Positions 26,734 through 39,085 of a stretch of DNA of 64,000 nt are shown here, in pieces (positions within the stretch are counted from its first letter, which is position 1; every line of letters begins with the position of its first letter). Where the stretch lies: assembly GCF_036321535.1 (NCBI RefSeq), contig NC_087438.1:5396001-5460000 (forward strand), written 5' to 3'. The translations under genes and the position numbers were made by a program. The DNA is from Camelus dromedarius. Taxonomy: Eukaryota. A model generated the notes under the pieces. The model was not told the DNA's origin. It made no database searches and worked only from the letters and a program-made list of their open reading frames with translations.

Positions 26734-27130
26734 TGTTACGGGTGGAACTGCATCTTCCAAAAATTCGTATGTTGAAGTCCTAACCCCTCATACCTCAGAA
26801 CATGACCTTATCTGGAAATCAGACTACTGGAGATGTAATTAGTTGAGGTCAGACTGGGGTAGGGTGGACCCCAGATCCAATAAGACTAGTGTCCTTTAAA
26901 AAAAATTCGACACAAACACAAATAGGCAGAAAGGGAAGGTGCCATGAAGAGACACAGGGAGGAGACGGCCATCTGCAAGGCAGGGAACGGATGCTCCCTC
27001 TAGCCCTAGGAAACAAGCAGCCCACCTGCACCTTGATTTCAGATGTTTAGCCCCCAGAAACTGAGATGATAAACTTCTGCTGTTTAATCTGCCAGGTTTG
27101 TGGTACTGTGTTACAGCTCTAACAGATGCA
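26734..27130 (+). mobile_element. MaLR LTR (MLT1B/C-like)
   Basis: tgttacggg ... tatgttgaagtcctaacccc ... cagaaactgaga ... tttgtggtac. Confidence 0.75.
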
Positions 27131-27319
27131 CGTGGTAAGGAGAAGGAGCCACCTCTTGAACTGTGGAAAATAAAAGTGGAAATAAAACAAAGGTCACTGC
27201 AGGGGCGCCAGAGACCCAACCACGGCACACGCTGCTCCAGGTAAACCCAGCTGGTAGACCAGCTGGTCTGGTCAAGGTCACCAGTGTTTGGTCTCCTCTG
27301 CTGACTACATAAGAGGATT

Positions 27320-28540
27320 AATCTCGCCTCCTATTTGGATAGTGAAGCCATGAATCAGTTCTAACCAATGAACTGTGAGTGGAGGTGACAGGTGACTTTT
27401 TGGTCTGAAGCATTTAAGAGCTGGTGCCAGGGACTCCCAGAGCTTCAAACTGAGATGCCAGCAGCTTCTATGAGGGACTGTCCTGGCTGAGGGCCATTCT
27501 GATCCCTGTTGGACACTCACTCAGCATGAGAAACAAGCCTTGTTTTAGGCCACTGAGACTTTGGGGATTGTTTGTTACTGCAGAATAACCTAGCTTATCA
27601 AGACTGATGCAAGTGGATAAACAAGGAAGAAACACTGGCTACCATGTCCAGTCCACGGCGGGCCAGGGCGAGCATCTCTGGGGCTGTGGGCTTTAATATA
27701 CCCAGAGCCTCTTCCCAGCTTTGGAAATGCTCCTCCTCCCAGAAGTTACACAAACTCTCACACAAATAGTTGGGGTAAGATGTTGTACAAACTGAGATCC
27801 AAGTCCTTTATTTTTTCCTCCCTTTCAAACCATTTTGAATATAAATACACTGTTGTAAGTTTGAAGCAGACAAACGCTGCAAGGAAGAAATAAGAGAAAA
27901 GAAATGTATGCGCTTTTCCATGGTGATTGCAGAGAGGGTTATACTAAGTGCTCACCAAACACATTTCCTCTTCCAAAACAAATAGTTTCCATCACAGTTA
28001 AGCTGGGGCCAGGTGCCAGCTCTGGCCAGGGAATGTGGGTAAAACCAGTGGATACCACCTTCTAGGCCTGGTTCATAAGAAACTCTCCCATTGGCCTCCA
28101 TATTCTTTCCCTTGCTCATTTGCCAGCAAATTAAAGGAGCCAGGGAAGGACCGCCAAGTCCCAAAGATTCTCAGGCCCCGGCAATAATGGAGCCAGTTTC
28201 CCAAGTGACTGCATTGAGAGGTGCTGCCCAAGAGAGACCCACATGTTGGGCTATATTTCATGACAGTATGTTTGTGTGCATAAGGCCAGCGGTGCACTTA
28301 TGTTAACAACCTGTGCTCTGGATAAAGAAGACCTGATCTGTAGTGTTGGCTAATTTCTGTGGTGTAAATACTCCCGCCACGGCCAGTTTCAGGCTTCCCA
28401 CTGAAGCCAGAGCTCAGAGAGATGCTAAAAATCCCCTTTTTTGGTATGATCAGGCTCTGACACACCATCAGTGAAGGACTCTCAGGGTTTAGGGTCCATT
28501 TGTTTGCTCAGCACATCCTAGCCCACCCTGACTAATAAGG
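27320..28540 (+). mobile_element. Two degenerate old MLT1-type LTR fragments (~27320-27612 and ~27920-28540)
   Basis: MLT1-like 3' ends: gccactgagactttgggg...tttgttactgcag..taacctagc and tttgtttgc..agcacatcctagcccaccctgactaata. Confidence 0.5.
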
Positions 28541-30983
28541 TGGTGGCTATTGTCCTCTCCCCTCTTCATTGACCCCAGTCCTGCTCCCTCCCACCTTGAG
28601 GCTTCCAGGTACTGTGTGCCTACCCAGAGCTGTGTGATCTACTTTTAAAACTGAAGATGCCCGAGGGGACCGAAAGTGGTCGTCTTTGATTCATAAGGGC
28701 CTCATTGTCCTGCTGAAAAATTCAGCGGCTTCTCCTTGGGAGCCTAGAGGTATATGAAGCCTAAGGAGGGCGTTTCCATTAATTTTAACATTGTTCAAAA
28801 TTCTGTATCTCAGAAGGACTGTAGCTTGTCAAGGACATAATGTTAACTCTTTTTAATATGACAAAACTCAACTATTCTCTTTGGTTTGCGGCAAAGACTG
28901 TTTCCTCTCTGGTATGTTGAGATCACAAGTCTGGGGAAATTTTCATAACATTCCAAATAACCTGAATATTTTAGCAGTGTAATAGGAATGGAGCCAGCTA
29001 CCTTCTAGAGAGTTACCAGATCCACCGAGACCAGCTCCCCATCCGCCCTCCTGTCCCCCAGAAATTCACATCAAGAAAGGGGCATTTCCAGGGGCTGAAA
29101 CTCGAATCTAATCCTACAAGTGCCTCTTGGTCAAATATATTGGGGAAAATGCTGTTTGTTTTCACGTATCATTAGCTGCTTGTGCTTCTTAAAAGGGGGT
29201 GATTTTGAAGAAAACAGAAAAAAGACCAAGATATACTGCAGATATAAAAGCAAGCTGCAAATATATATATACATGGTTGTGTGATCATGTGTGAACGTGT
29301 TATTTTTCAAAGTTCAACACACATCACATTCTTAAACACACGTGGAAGGGCAGACACCACGTGCTCACGGAAGGTCATGGTAGGAACACGTTCCCCACCC
29401 CTGTGTTTCCTTCCAAGAGGAGGGACCTCTGCTAGAAGAGCACGCCCACCTGCTCCCCTCCCTCCCTCCCCCCTCCCTGGTGACCTGCCCCCTCCTCCCT
29501 CCCTGCCCTGGAGGAAGATGTTCAGCCCCACCCCCCAGGCCATACATTCCCCAGGGCAGGTCACTGACCAGTGAACTAGCCCAGAGAGGAGAGAGGCAAC
29601 CACAGTCCCCCCAAGAGGGGAGCAAGGTCAAGGGTAACCTAAACAGCAGATAATCCAAAAGAAAACCTCTGTTTAGTCTAAGAGGCTGGGCTTGTGCACT
29701 GGTGACGCGGCTTCTCGTTTAGTAAGTCCGCACCACTTTATCCCTTCCTCGCCAGTCCATCAGCAGGTACGCACGGCGCACCAACTATGAGACCTGCGGG
29801 AACTCTCGATTGCTGAGGACAGAGCAGTGATAAAAATAAATCTCTGTCCTCATGGAGCTCATGTTTTAAAGGGAGAGGGGAAAAGAACCCAAAATAACTC
29901 AGGAAAATATTTAGTAGGTTAGGTACTAATAGATGTGATGGAGAAGCTCAGTAGGAGGGAGGCAGGAAGTTGGGGGGGGGGTGGCACAATCGCATTCAGG
30001 TAGCACACACTGTGACTGCAAGGCACATGGGTGCCAGAGTCTGCCGGACAACAGAGAGACACTCTTAACAGGTGGGTCAGCAGCAGAACCGGAGCTTACC
30101 CGTCCTCCACGGACCTAGGAGTGGCCGAGACAGGGTGGCAGAGGTGCTTGGTGCCCAAAGGTGTGGAGGCTCCACCCAGAAGGGGCTCTGGGAGCTGGAA
30201 TTGAATACCTCCTGGTCCTTGACATCGACATCGACCCTTCAGAGACCCCCTCCACCCTGTGCACATCTGTACAGTCAACACCCATCATCATGTTTACCAA
30301 GTGCTTGGCTGCACTTGGCAAAGGGAAATTCAGTATCAGAAGCGTAAGGAAAGAGCCCTTTGCCTCCACGTCTCCACCACACACCAAGAAAAGCCCGCTA
30401 ATCCCACCCAAACTCAGGTGGGGTGTCCTGAGCACAGCCCCCCTCAGCACAGAGCCACCCACGCCGCACATGAGCATGAGGGAAAGCGTCTTCTAAAACT
30501 GCCTAGGAATTTTTTTTTTAATGTAGCTCTTAGACTTTGAGAAATTTAATCAAAACCTTCAGAAAAGGGCATTCTCCTTTGACTTAGCTTTTCCATTTCT
30601 GTAGCAGAAATGGTGCACTAGGCAGAAGAAGAAAAAAGTAATTTAAAAACTGCAGAAGTAATTGAACTGCATCTGTGCAACACTATTTTATAGTATAGCA
30701 GCCCACACTGCAAGAGGCCCCCGGGGAGCAGGGCAGGAGCTGAGAGCATTTTTGCTGGCAGCTTTAGAGGACAAATTTGTCAAGATCTGGGACATTACTG
30801 GGGTTTTAAATAAGTGTGCTGCAGTGAGGGATGTCACTTAGGGCTCACGCAGGGGAGAGGCCTTAGAAGATTAGGAACCACCAGAGTGACACTCAGACAA
30901 CCGCCTCACCTGTGTTAATTTCCAACAGTGAACAAGGGTGGAGGATAAAAGACTGGCCCCTGGGACCCAACCATCAGTGAAAG

Positions 30984-31188
30984 TATTACCACTGATTAGA
31001 TTCCTGTCTCGTTACAGAAATAATTCAGAGACAAGACACAGAGGTCAAGAAACTAAAGTGGGGGTTTATTAAGGGATGGACAGTATGCTCTCAAGGGGAG
31101 GGCAGGCAGGCTCAGGCAGCTGCCATGCTGAGTTTCTTTGGCAAGCTGGTTACGCAGAGTGTAAAAATGAATGGTAGAATATTCATTG
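30984..31188 (-). mobile_element. Partial copy (R/U5 end) of the same LTR family
   Basis: Colinear with 17473-17680, e.g. tgattagattc, tttattaagggatggacagta, gtttctttggcaag, aaaatgaat. Confidence 0.8.
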
Positions 31189-31244
31189 CTCAAAGCCAAG
31201 CAGAGACTGCCAACAGATACAGGAGATTCTCCTGGCTGAGGTTT

Positions 31245-31658
31245 GTCTGACAATTTGCTGGGGCTGCCAAAATGAAGTACCCAGCCCGGGTAAACAACAG
31301 AAATTTACTGTTTCACAATTCTGGTGGCCAAAGTCTGAGACAAGGTGTCAACAGGGTTGCTTCCTTCTGAGGGCCATGAGCGAAGGGTCTGTTCCCAGCC
31401 TCTCTCCTTGGCTTGTAGATGGCTGTCTTCTCCCTGTCTATTCACAGCATGTCCCCTCTCTGCATGCCTATCTTTGTGCCCAAATTTCCTCCTTTGATAG
31501 ATACCTGTCATTTTGGACTAGAGCCCCTCACTAATGACCTCACTTTAATTTGATTAGCTCTGTAAAGACCCTGTCACCAAATAAACTCACATTCAGAGGC
31601 GCTGGGGATGAGGACTCTAACATAAGAAGGTTAGGGGGACATAATTCAACCCACAACA
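31245..31658 (-). mobile_element. MaLR LTR (MLT1C-like)
   Basis: aacagaaattta ... cttggcttgtagatggc ... aatgacctca ... taaagaccctgtc ... acataattcaacccacaaca. Confidence 0.75.
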
Positions 31659-32849
31659 GTGGTCTAAACTAGGAACTAGTGCTTCTGTGTGTACGGCTCG
31701 GCTCCACAGCATTCTTTCCCATTCCCACGTGGCAAGCACTCAGATGTGTGCTGATCTGGTCTAAACGGGGATTCATTTGGGCTCTGTGGATGGTGGGTGG
31801 GGAGAAGGAAAGGAAGGCTGTGTTTTGTGGGAATACCTTACACATCAGGAGGGAAAGACCTCTTTCCTCCCAGGCTGCTTAATCTCTATCCTTGTTCAGG
31901 TACTCATCACCCCTGCAGGCTGAGCATCTCCCATCAATGGTCCTTTTAATAAGGAAGCCCCTGCATCCCCGGCTGCAGGACACGCTGCGGCAGGAGGCAG
32001 TGCAAGGCAGTGGATGGAGACTTTCAGAAAAACATGGAGAAGAAAGGATTAGACCACCCCCACAAGCTCTGAACTTGCTTCTTTTCCTTTGCCTTTTCTT
32101 CCTGCTTTGGCTGCAGGCGGGCCTTCGCAGCCCGGCGGGCTCTTCCAGGGGGCGCTGTGTGCAGATGGGGCCAGACCACAATCTTACTTGGGTCCCGGTC
32201 GCTCTCTCCCTGCAAGCGGCTGTTCAGATCTGCCTGTGGTTTCCTTCGGTTTGCAGGGGAGGTTTTAGGAGGCTTTCCGTGCCCTGGGCGGTCCAGGCAG
32301 TCACTGCTGCGAAAGCTTTCAGGCAGTGACTTGTTTCCGGGCTACCCCAGGCCTGCAGAAGACGGACCCCAGAGGGAGCAGTGACCCTGCCGGCTGGGCA
32401 GCCCCGGCGCTCCCGAGACCCTCCTCCAGGTCCTCGGCACAAGGGTCACACTTGCTGCTCCAGGTAGAAGTAGTTGAAGCCCAGCGCTCTCCTTCACTTC
32501 CCTGACACACCCTCAAATGGCTCCGAATACCGGTCGAATATTCCCGTGCCCACCCGACCCTGCACGCCCGGCCCCCCAGCCCCTCAGCCCCTCCTCCCAG
32601 ATGAACATTCCCCCCTCCCTCCTACACACTCGGCTCCGCCCCTGTCCATCCTCCAGCGCTGGGGATGGAGCCATCCTAATTCTGGAAGTCTTAGTAGCTG
32701 TACTCTGGGGTCTAGGAGCCCCAGAGGGAGGCCGCTCTCCCACCTTCCCACCCACTGTGACCCTGCTCTCCCTGACTCCCTGCACCCCGACCCGAACCCC
32801 TCACAGTCTGTGCCGCTCACACTCGCCCCGGCCCTTCTGTGAAGCCCCG

Positions 32850-33600
32850 CCCCCAGAGTCCTAGCCCGGAGTTGCAGCCCTGCCCCTCCGACCCACTACA
32901 CTTCGTAGTGTAGCCCCGCCCCGCCCCGCAGCCCCGCCCCCAGAGCCTTCCCCGGCGGTGTAGCCCCGCCTCCAGCACCCTCTTGAGCAGTAATAGCCCC
33001 GTCCCATCCCTCCTCCCGCCGCCCCCTCCCCGGCAGTGCAGCCCCGCCCCCAGAGCCCCTTCCCCGGCCCCTCCTCGCCCTCAATTCCGCCCCGCGCCCC
33101 AGCCAAGCCTAGGTCTCGGGCTCTCCAGCCCGGCCCGCCCGCCGGCCCTCCGCGCAGCCCCGCCCGGCCGCTCACCCTGCCCTGGCGGTAGTAGTAGCTG
33201 TGCTCCTTGGGGTCCAGGCGCCGCGGCGGCACGTAGCTGAAGGCGGACTGCGCCGAGATGGGCGGCGGCCGGGGCTTGCCCCGCAGCGTGGCGGCGGTGA
33301 TCTCCTCGTCGTCCTCCATGCCGTCCGGTCCAGCGGCCCCGCGGCCGCCCTGCTCCGTCCCGCCCGCGGAGGAGCGCAGTCCCGGTGCGGCCGCCTCAGG
33401 CTGCCGGGCGCTCGCGTTCTGCCGTCGCCTGGAAACCGGGGCCGCGCGAGCGGAGGCTGGGGGTGGGGCGGGGCCTGAGGGGCGGGGCCTGGGGCCGACC
33501 CGCCCCCTCCCTCCTGGCACCTCTCATTCGGGTTCTCCCCTTAGTGCGTCCGGGGAGCCCCAGCTGCTAACGCTGCGGGGTCGGTGTTCCCTGGTGGGAG
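32850..33600. promoter_or_regulatory. CFAP90: CpG island and promoter of CFAP90, with RFX X-box (33424-33436) and GC boxes (33465-33474, 33479-33488)
   Basis: Very GC- and CpG-rich. GTCGCCTGGAAAC resembles an RFX X-box ~105 nt upstream of the ATG. Two GGGGCGGGGC Sp/KLF sites. Confidence 0.8.
33176..33319 (-). CDS. CFAP90: CFAP90/C5orf49 exon 1 coding part
   Basis: ATG at 33319 in ggcATGG context. Encodes [48 protein letters not shown], then donor |gtgag. The three exons splice in frame to 146 aa. Confidence 0.94.
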
Positions 33601-34807
33601 GCGCCTCTTGGATCCGCACTTTCCAACCTGCTTACCTTTCCCCGCGCAGTGTTGGTTCCTTCACACACAGACCACTGTTCCTTGGGCAGTTAATGACCTC
33701 GCATCTACTGTGTGCCAGCGCTGAGGATATAGCCTTGAACCAAGCAGCCCTCGTCCGTCTGGATCTGACAGTCTGGTGAGGAAGACAGGTGACAGCCGTG
33801 AGAAGAACAAGTAACTTGAAGAGGGTCTGGAGCATCGCCTCCGAAGAGGAACATAGAGCTGCACGTGTAATTTAAAACTTGCTGGTAACCACACTCTCAC
33901 CCCCCCCTGGGTAGAAATCCTAAAAGCGCCAGCAAAGAAAAAAAAAGTTCTCATAATCTACTACTTCTCTCAACCTCTGCAACCTCTTTTAAAGACCGGA
34001 CATAGGCGGTCAGCTAACGGGCAGGAGGCTTCATAAGCTTTGCGTAGATCATCCGGTATCACCTTCGTAAAATGGAAGCAGTTGACACCAATTATCTTGA
34101 GAACTCAGCTAAAACTGAGACTGAAATCGATTCATTGTAAAATCTTTTTCTGCAGTTATGTGGAGGTGCGTCTGCTAGCTTCAATTTCAGTAGGTGACAT
34201 TTTGTTCTGCCCTGTGACCTGACTGCTGTGGAGGGCACGTTTACAGACATACATTGTTTTCCTCTGATGGCTCAAGTCTGGCACAGGGTAGGTACGCAAC
34301 ATATACTTGGTGACTCGGTAGAGAAATACAGTGCCATAGTTTGGGTTCCTTCTGAAGGTGAGTCTGGGACAAGGGCTTGGATGCTCTATTTGGGGAGGAG
34401 TGAGGGGCCAGAAGAGTGAGAGCAGCAGGAAGGTCAATGGAAGGCTAAATTCTCAAGGTCACCTCTGAAGGCAGCTGGAGTTCAGCCTTGCCCAAGAATT
34501 TCTTTGGAGCCTGGGGCACGCCTCTCAGAATCTCCCGCCAACTCAACAAGGAGGCTCATTTTTATCTCTTATTCCCAGTCCTTGTAGGGTGAGACTTCTT
34601 TCTGGGTTGTTCACTCCTGACCTTGTATGTCCTCTGCCCAGCACTGCCCAGACTCCCCTGAGGGTTTCCTCGGAGTCAGAGAAGCCCTGGGGCTGACAGT
34701 GAAAGGCACGGGGCATGTACTTGAGATGCGATGCTGGTTTCAGGAGGTAGTCTGCAGTCTCACGGAATGGCCACCACTCCGAGGGTGGATCCAGATGCGA
34801 GAGGTTG

Positions 34808-35400
34808 TGTTAGTGGATAGAGACACCCCTAAATTAAGAAGCCTACCAAAGAGTGGGTCCCTGCTGCTGGCTGTGAAATATTTCACAGCAGAGGCAGAGG
34901 GACAAGGTGAAAAAGCTACTCTATTGCTCAGAAGAGGAAGAGGACAGAAAGCGCCTGAGGAGGGAGAAGGAAAGAAAGTTGCTCTAGCGAGGAAAAGGTA
35001 CTCGAGTGGGGAGCCATTAGCCAAGATGGCCAGTAGAGACAGCTCTAGCCTGGGTCAGCCGTCTGGACTTTTGGGGAAGGATCTGCCATCACGTCCTCCT
35101 TCAGTTGTGTTGGAACCAGTCAGTCCTTGTACGGGCTTGTCCGGTTGTTGTCATGGCAACCGTCAACTGTCCTGGTGCTGGTGGGTGTGTCATTTAGCAT
35201 GGTAATGCATTACAATGAGCATATAATGAGGTTCAAGGTCCACTGGATGTCAAATCCTCTGCCATCTTGGGCTTAGTTTGTTCTAACCAGTTCTTGTTTC
35301 TCCCCTTTGTAGCTGCCTCCTGAGACTTAGATAAGAGTAATTGGGTTCTATTCGAGGAAGGAGCAGAGGTATGATCCTGGGGGCAACAGTCTCTGTAACA
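34808..35400 (-). mobile_element. ERV1-like LTR, possibly nested in another LTR fragment spanning ~34727-35459
   Basis: TGTT...AACA termini. The internal tgtcatggcaac...gctggtggg...tagcat...gccatcttgg block resembles MER4-group LTRs (from memory). Confidence 0.55.
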
Positions 35401-36779
35401 AGGGGTGTAAACAAGAGGCAGGGGTTAGGGGAAGCCCCTCAGGGTCCTGCTTGGTATCAGCTGCCAGGCGTGACTCAGAGGTGGAGGAAACAATGGGTAA
35501 GATGAACTTTGCTATTTTCAATTATCAAGAGATTTTAGTTCCTTTTTTAAAAAAATATTTTCCTATATGATCCTAATATATATTCCAGGTGCATAAGTGG
35601 AATACAAGGTCAAAGAGTCTAATTTGTTTAATTCCCTTGTGTCTTTGACTTGTACCTTCAAAGTTCTGCACGGGGGAAGGGAAGGGAAGGGAAGGGAAGG
35701 ATAAAAGAATGAAAACCCTACGGTCAAAGGAAGTGGATTAATAGTACAAGAAGGCACACTGAGTGTGGGTTAACTCTGCAGGAGGTCAGGGCAGCTTTGT
35801 TTCAAATGACAACCTTAGTAGTTTGGAATGTCCACCCTCCAAAGCCCATTCCAGCATCATGGAAGCTACGCTGGCACTAGGATGGAGCTGACATTGGGTG
35901 ACAACGTTGCACAGGTCTGATTTAGGCAGATGTGAGTGCACTGACTACTGTTCATGCAGCCTGTTCTGCGGATCTGCCAGGACCTCTCTGCCTGCAGCTC
36001 CCTGCTGGGAGTTGGGAGAAATACATGGGAGGGCCGTCTCCACTGCAGGACCTTGCGCAGTTCCCAGGAGCATAGGCAGTGCCTGGTCTAAACTGCAGCT
36101 GGAACCTGTGCCATTTCTCTTGACATCTGGGCAGAATGTAAACGTGGAGAGACCCAGTGGGGAGAATGTCTGTTAATTTCAGGCAGGGGAGGAGAAAGCA
36201 GAGGAGGGCACTTTTCTGTGACATTAGCATGCCATGTGTCACGTTGGTAGTGGCTTCAGCATATCTTGCGTAGCATTTATGTTATATTTGTCATGTGTTC
36301 TCATAAACCAACACACCTGTTAAGTTCAGGAGAACCCTCTGGTTCTTCATGCTGATGAGAAAACTGAGATGTAGGCAGGATAAGTGACTGGATGCAGGGG
36401 ACACAGCCAGTGAGTCCTCCTGAAAGATGTATGAAATCTCCAGAAAGGGAGGGGCTGCTCTGGGGGAAGGTTTTTGTCCTTGGGGCCCTTGGGCTTTTCA
36501 GAGATGGAGCTATGGCCTGGAAAAAGCACAAAGCACAAAGCTTTAGCCAGTGATTCTCAGCAGCACACAGACACAGCTGAGGGACACAAAACATCAGATG
36601 GTCTGCTCTCCAACTTGCAAACCCGTGTTAACTGAGGCAGAGAGAGGAGGGAAAATCATCGTGAATACATTAACACAGCCTCATCTTTCTAAAACATCTT
36701 CTGTTAAAAATGCAAAAATTTCACAAGGTTGACATCTCCATTTTAAATTTAAAAGTTTTATAATTACTTTGGTTTTTTT

Positions 36780-36910
36780 TAATTAAAAAGATTTTACAGG
36801 AAGGTAATTAGGTTTATTTATTTATTTGTTTATTTATTTTTTAATAAATCGAACCCAGGACCTTGTGCATGCTAAGCATGCACTCTGCCACTGAGTTATA
36901 CCCTCCCCCC
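36780..36910 (-). mobile_element. tRNA-derived SINE (same family)
   Basis: Reverse complement of the same head, ending ...TATACCCTCCCCC. Degenerate TSD taatta(c/t)ttt on both sides. Confidence 0.85.
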
Positions 36911-37994
36911 TTAATTATTTTGTTTTAAATTTCACTGTAAACTCATTTAAAGTGGCTTAGAATAATTGGACTTTGATTCACAGGCTTTAAAAATGGCTTA
37001 AAATTACTTGGATTAAGGACTACTCTGCATGTGGCTGGTTTTATGATGGTTCAGAGTAAGATGGATGGATGGACAGAGATCTGTAACTGGCAAGGAGGAA
37101 AACTGGCTGTGTGTGTACCCAGCAAATCTAACGGTCATTATGAACTCAAGGGTTATGAAATGATGTTCCTGCCTCACCTCTTCCAAATTCCCCATCGGTG
37201 CTCTTTGACCTTGAGAATAGCAGCATGACCTTGGCTCCTGGATCAGGGGAGACACTGCCCGCCCTCCAAATCATCTTTACCAGATCTTGGGCACAGGCAG
37301 TGGACTGTGGTTAGATTAACAAACCTTTACCTTATTTGACACCTCTTCCCTGGGAAAGATGTGTGAATACTGCCAGGAGATTTAGAAACCATGTTTGTCA
37401 TCAGGTTTTTCCTGTAGGCTGGCTCCTTCAATTGATGGAGTCCCTGTGGCTGGTCACTTTAAGCTTATGAATCAAGACATAAACACATAAATTTAATTTT
37501 GGTTTGTTCACTTTGTTGATTTTGAAATAAAAATGACTATGATTTTATACGATGTGTCAAATGAAAAGCGCCCCGCACTGACAGCCCTAGCGATGAGCAG
37601 TACCGCCTGGAGGAATCAGGCCTCCTCACAGAGGGCAGGCCCGGGTCTGAGGCAGGAGATGGTAAGTGAGACTGGGACATCCTGTTCTGCCAAGAAATTT
37701 TCAAAAAGTAATGTGTCAAGGTCAAAAGGACAAAGAGGCCAACCTGAAGGGTATCCCACTGATCTCAACTAGGACAATTTAAGCTTCTAAAAGATGACTG
37801 TAATGAATTAATGCACATCAACTATATAAAATTTCATAAATATCCTAAAGCAAACAAACAAACAAAAAAAACTGACCAGCAACCAGCTCTTTATTGAAAA
37901 ACTTGATATAAGGAAAGACTCATTTATCTTGTTTTCTTTTTCCCTATATGAACCTTATTTTAGAGTTCACCAATAGTTGGCAGGAGAAATTTCT

Positions 37995-38123
37995 TTTTTG
38001 GGGGGGAAGTAATTAGGTTTATTTATTTATTTATTATTACTTTTGATGGAGGTACTAGGGAATTGAACTCAGGACCTCTGGCATGCTAAGCACTGCACTC
38101 TACCACTGAGCTATACTCTTCTC
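37995..38123 (-). mobile_element. tRNA-derived SINE (same family)
   Basis: Reverse complement of head and tail. TSD agaaatt(t/c)ctt flanking. Confidence 0.85.
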
Positions 38124-38827
38124 CAGAAATTCCTTCTTTACAGATGAAAACAAGATAATAAACGGAGAAGAAATGATAGAGTTACGAAATCTTTTTTAGA
38201 CACCTGCTGGAATAATGAATCTAGGTAAGAGTCACCTAAGACGTTAAAGCCAATGGGAGAAAGGGTGATGGGGACCCTATATTGGACGGATGAGGCTGGT
38301 GACCCAGGAACTCACCATCAATCTTAATGACTATCACTAAGAGGAGACAACGTGACATTGTGGTATGAGGCAAAGCAAACACACAGCACCACCTCTGAAG
38401 CATCCTTGCTGAAAAAATTAGCCTGAATCTAAGCAAGCCTCTAGGTCGAACTTGTAGTTTTACAGGAGATGCAGCAAGTAGAGGAACCAGTCACAAAATG
38501 CCAAATCAATACTGTAGGATGTTTTTACAGGGCAACTGATCTAATTTCTCTAATAAACCAATGACATGGAAGCTAGGTTAGGGAGGGGAGCAGTTATAGA
38601 CAGGAGACTGAAAACTGAGTAGTATAGCACCTGAAAGCAGTGTGTGGCCTTTGTTCAGCTCCTGATTCAAACAAATCAACAATTAAAGACTACTTCTGAG
38701 CCAGCATAGGAAACTTAGAATATAGACCGGGTATCAAATGTCCATAGGCAGTAAGTATTAGTTTTGTTAGTTGTAATAATGGCGAAATAAAGACAAAGGA
38801 AAATGTTTATTGGCAATGGATGCATAC

Positions 38828-39085
38828 TTTTTTTTTCAGTAAAAGAATCTTTATTTTTATGTATAACCATAACTCTACGAATAATTTTAGTGTGGTAGGC
38901 ATGAAGTTCCTAGAGATTTAGCTTTCTTAATCCATCAGCAGTCGTTACTTCAATTCGTACTTTTGTAAAATTATTTCTTATTTCCCTTTACAGGTTTTCC
39001 TTTTACATCCTTCTTTCCTTACTTAAGTTTTTGCAGAATTATTTTCCTTCTTTCACAGTTTTAGGAGTTCTTCTCCCCAATCCTT
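38828..39085 (-). pseudogene. Probable 5'-truncated retroposed mRNA 3' end; parent gene not identified
   Basis: Minus-strand AATAAA (38850-38855) followed 13 nt later by A9 (38828-38836). Appears to interrupt an old L1M 3' fragment. Confidence 0.4.

Noticed and set aside
34627..35205. 192-aa ORF upstream of CFAP90
   Set aside because: Lies in LTR sequence; no gag/pol/env or other recognisable motif.
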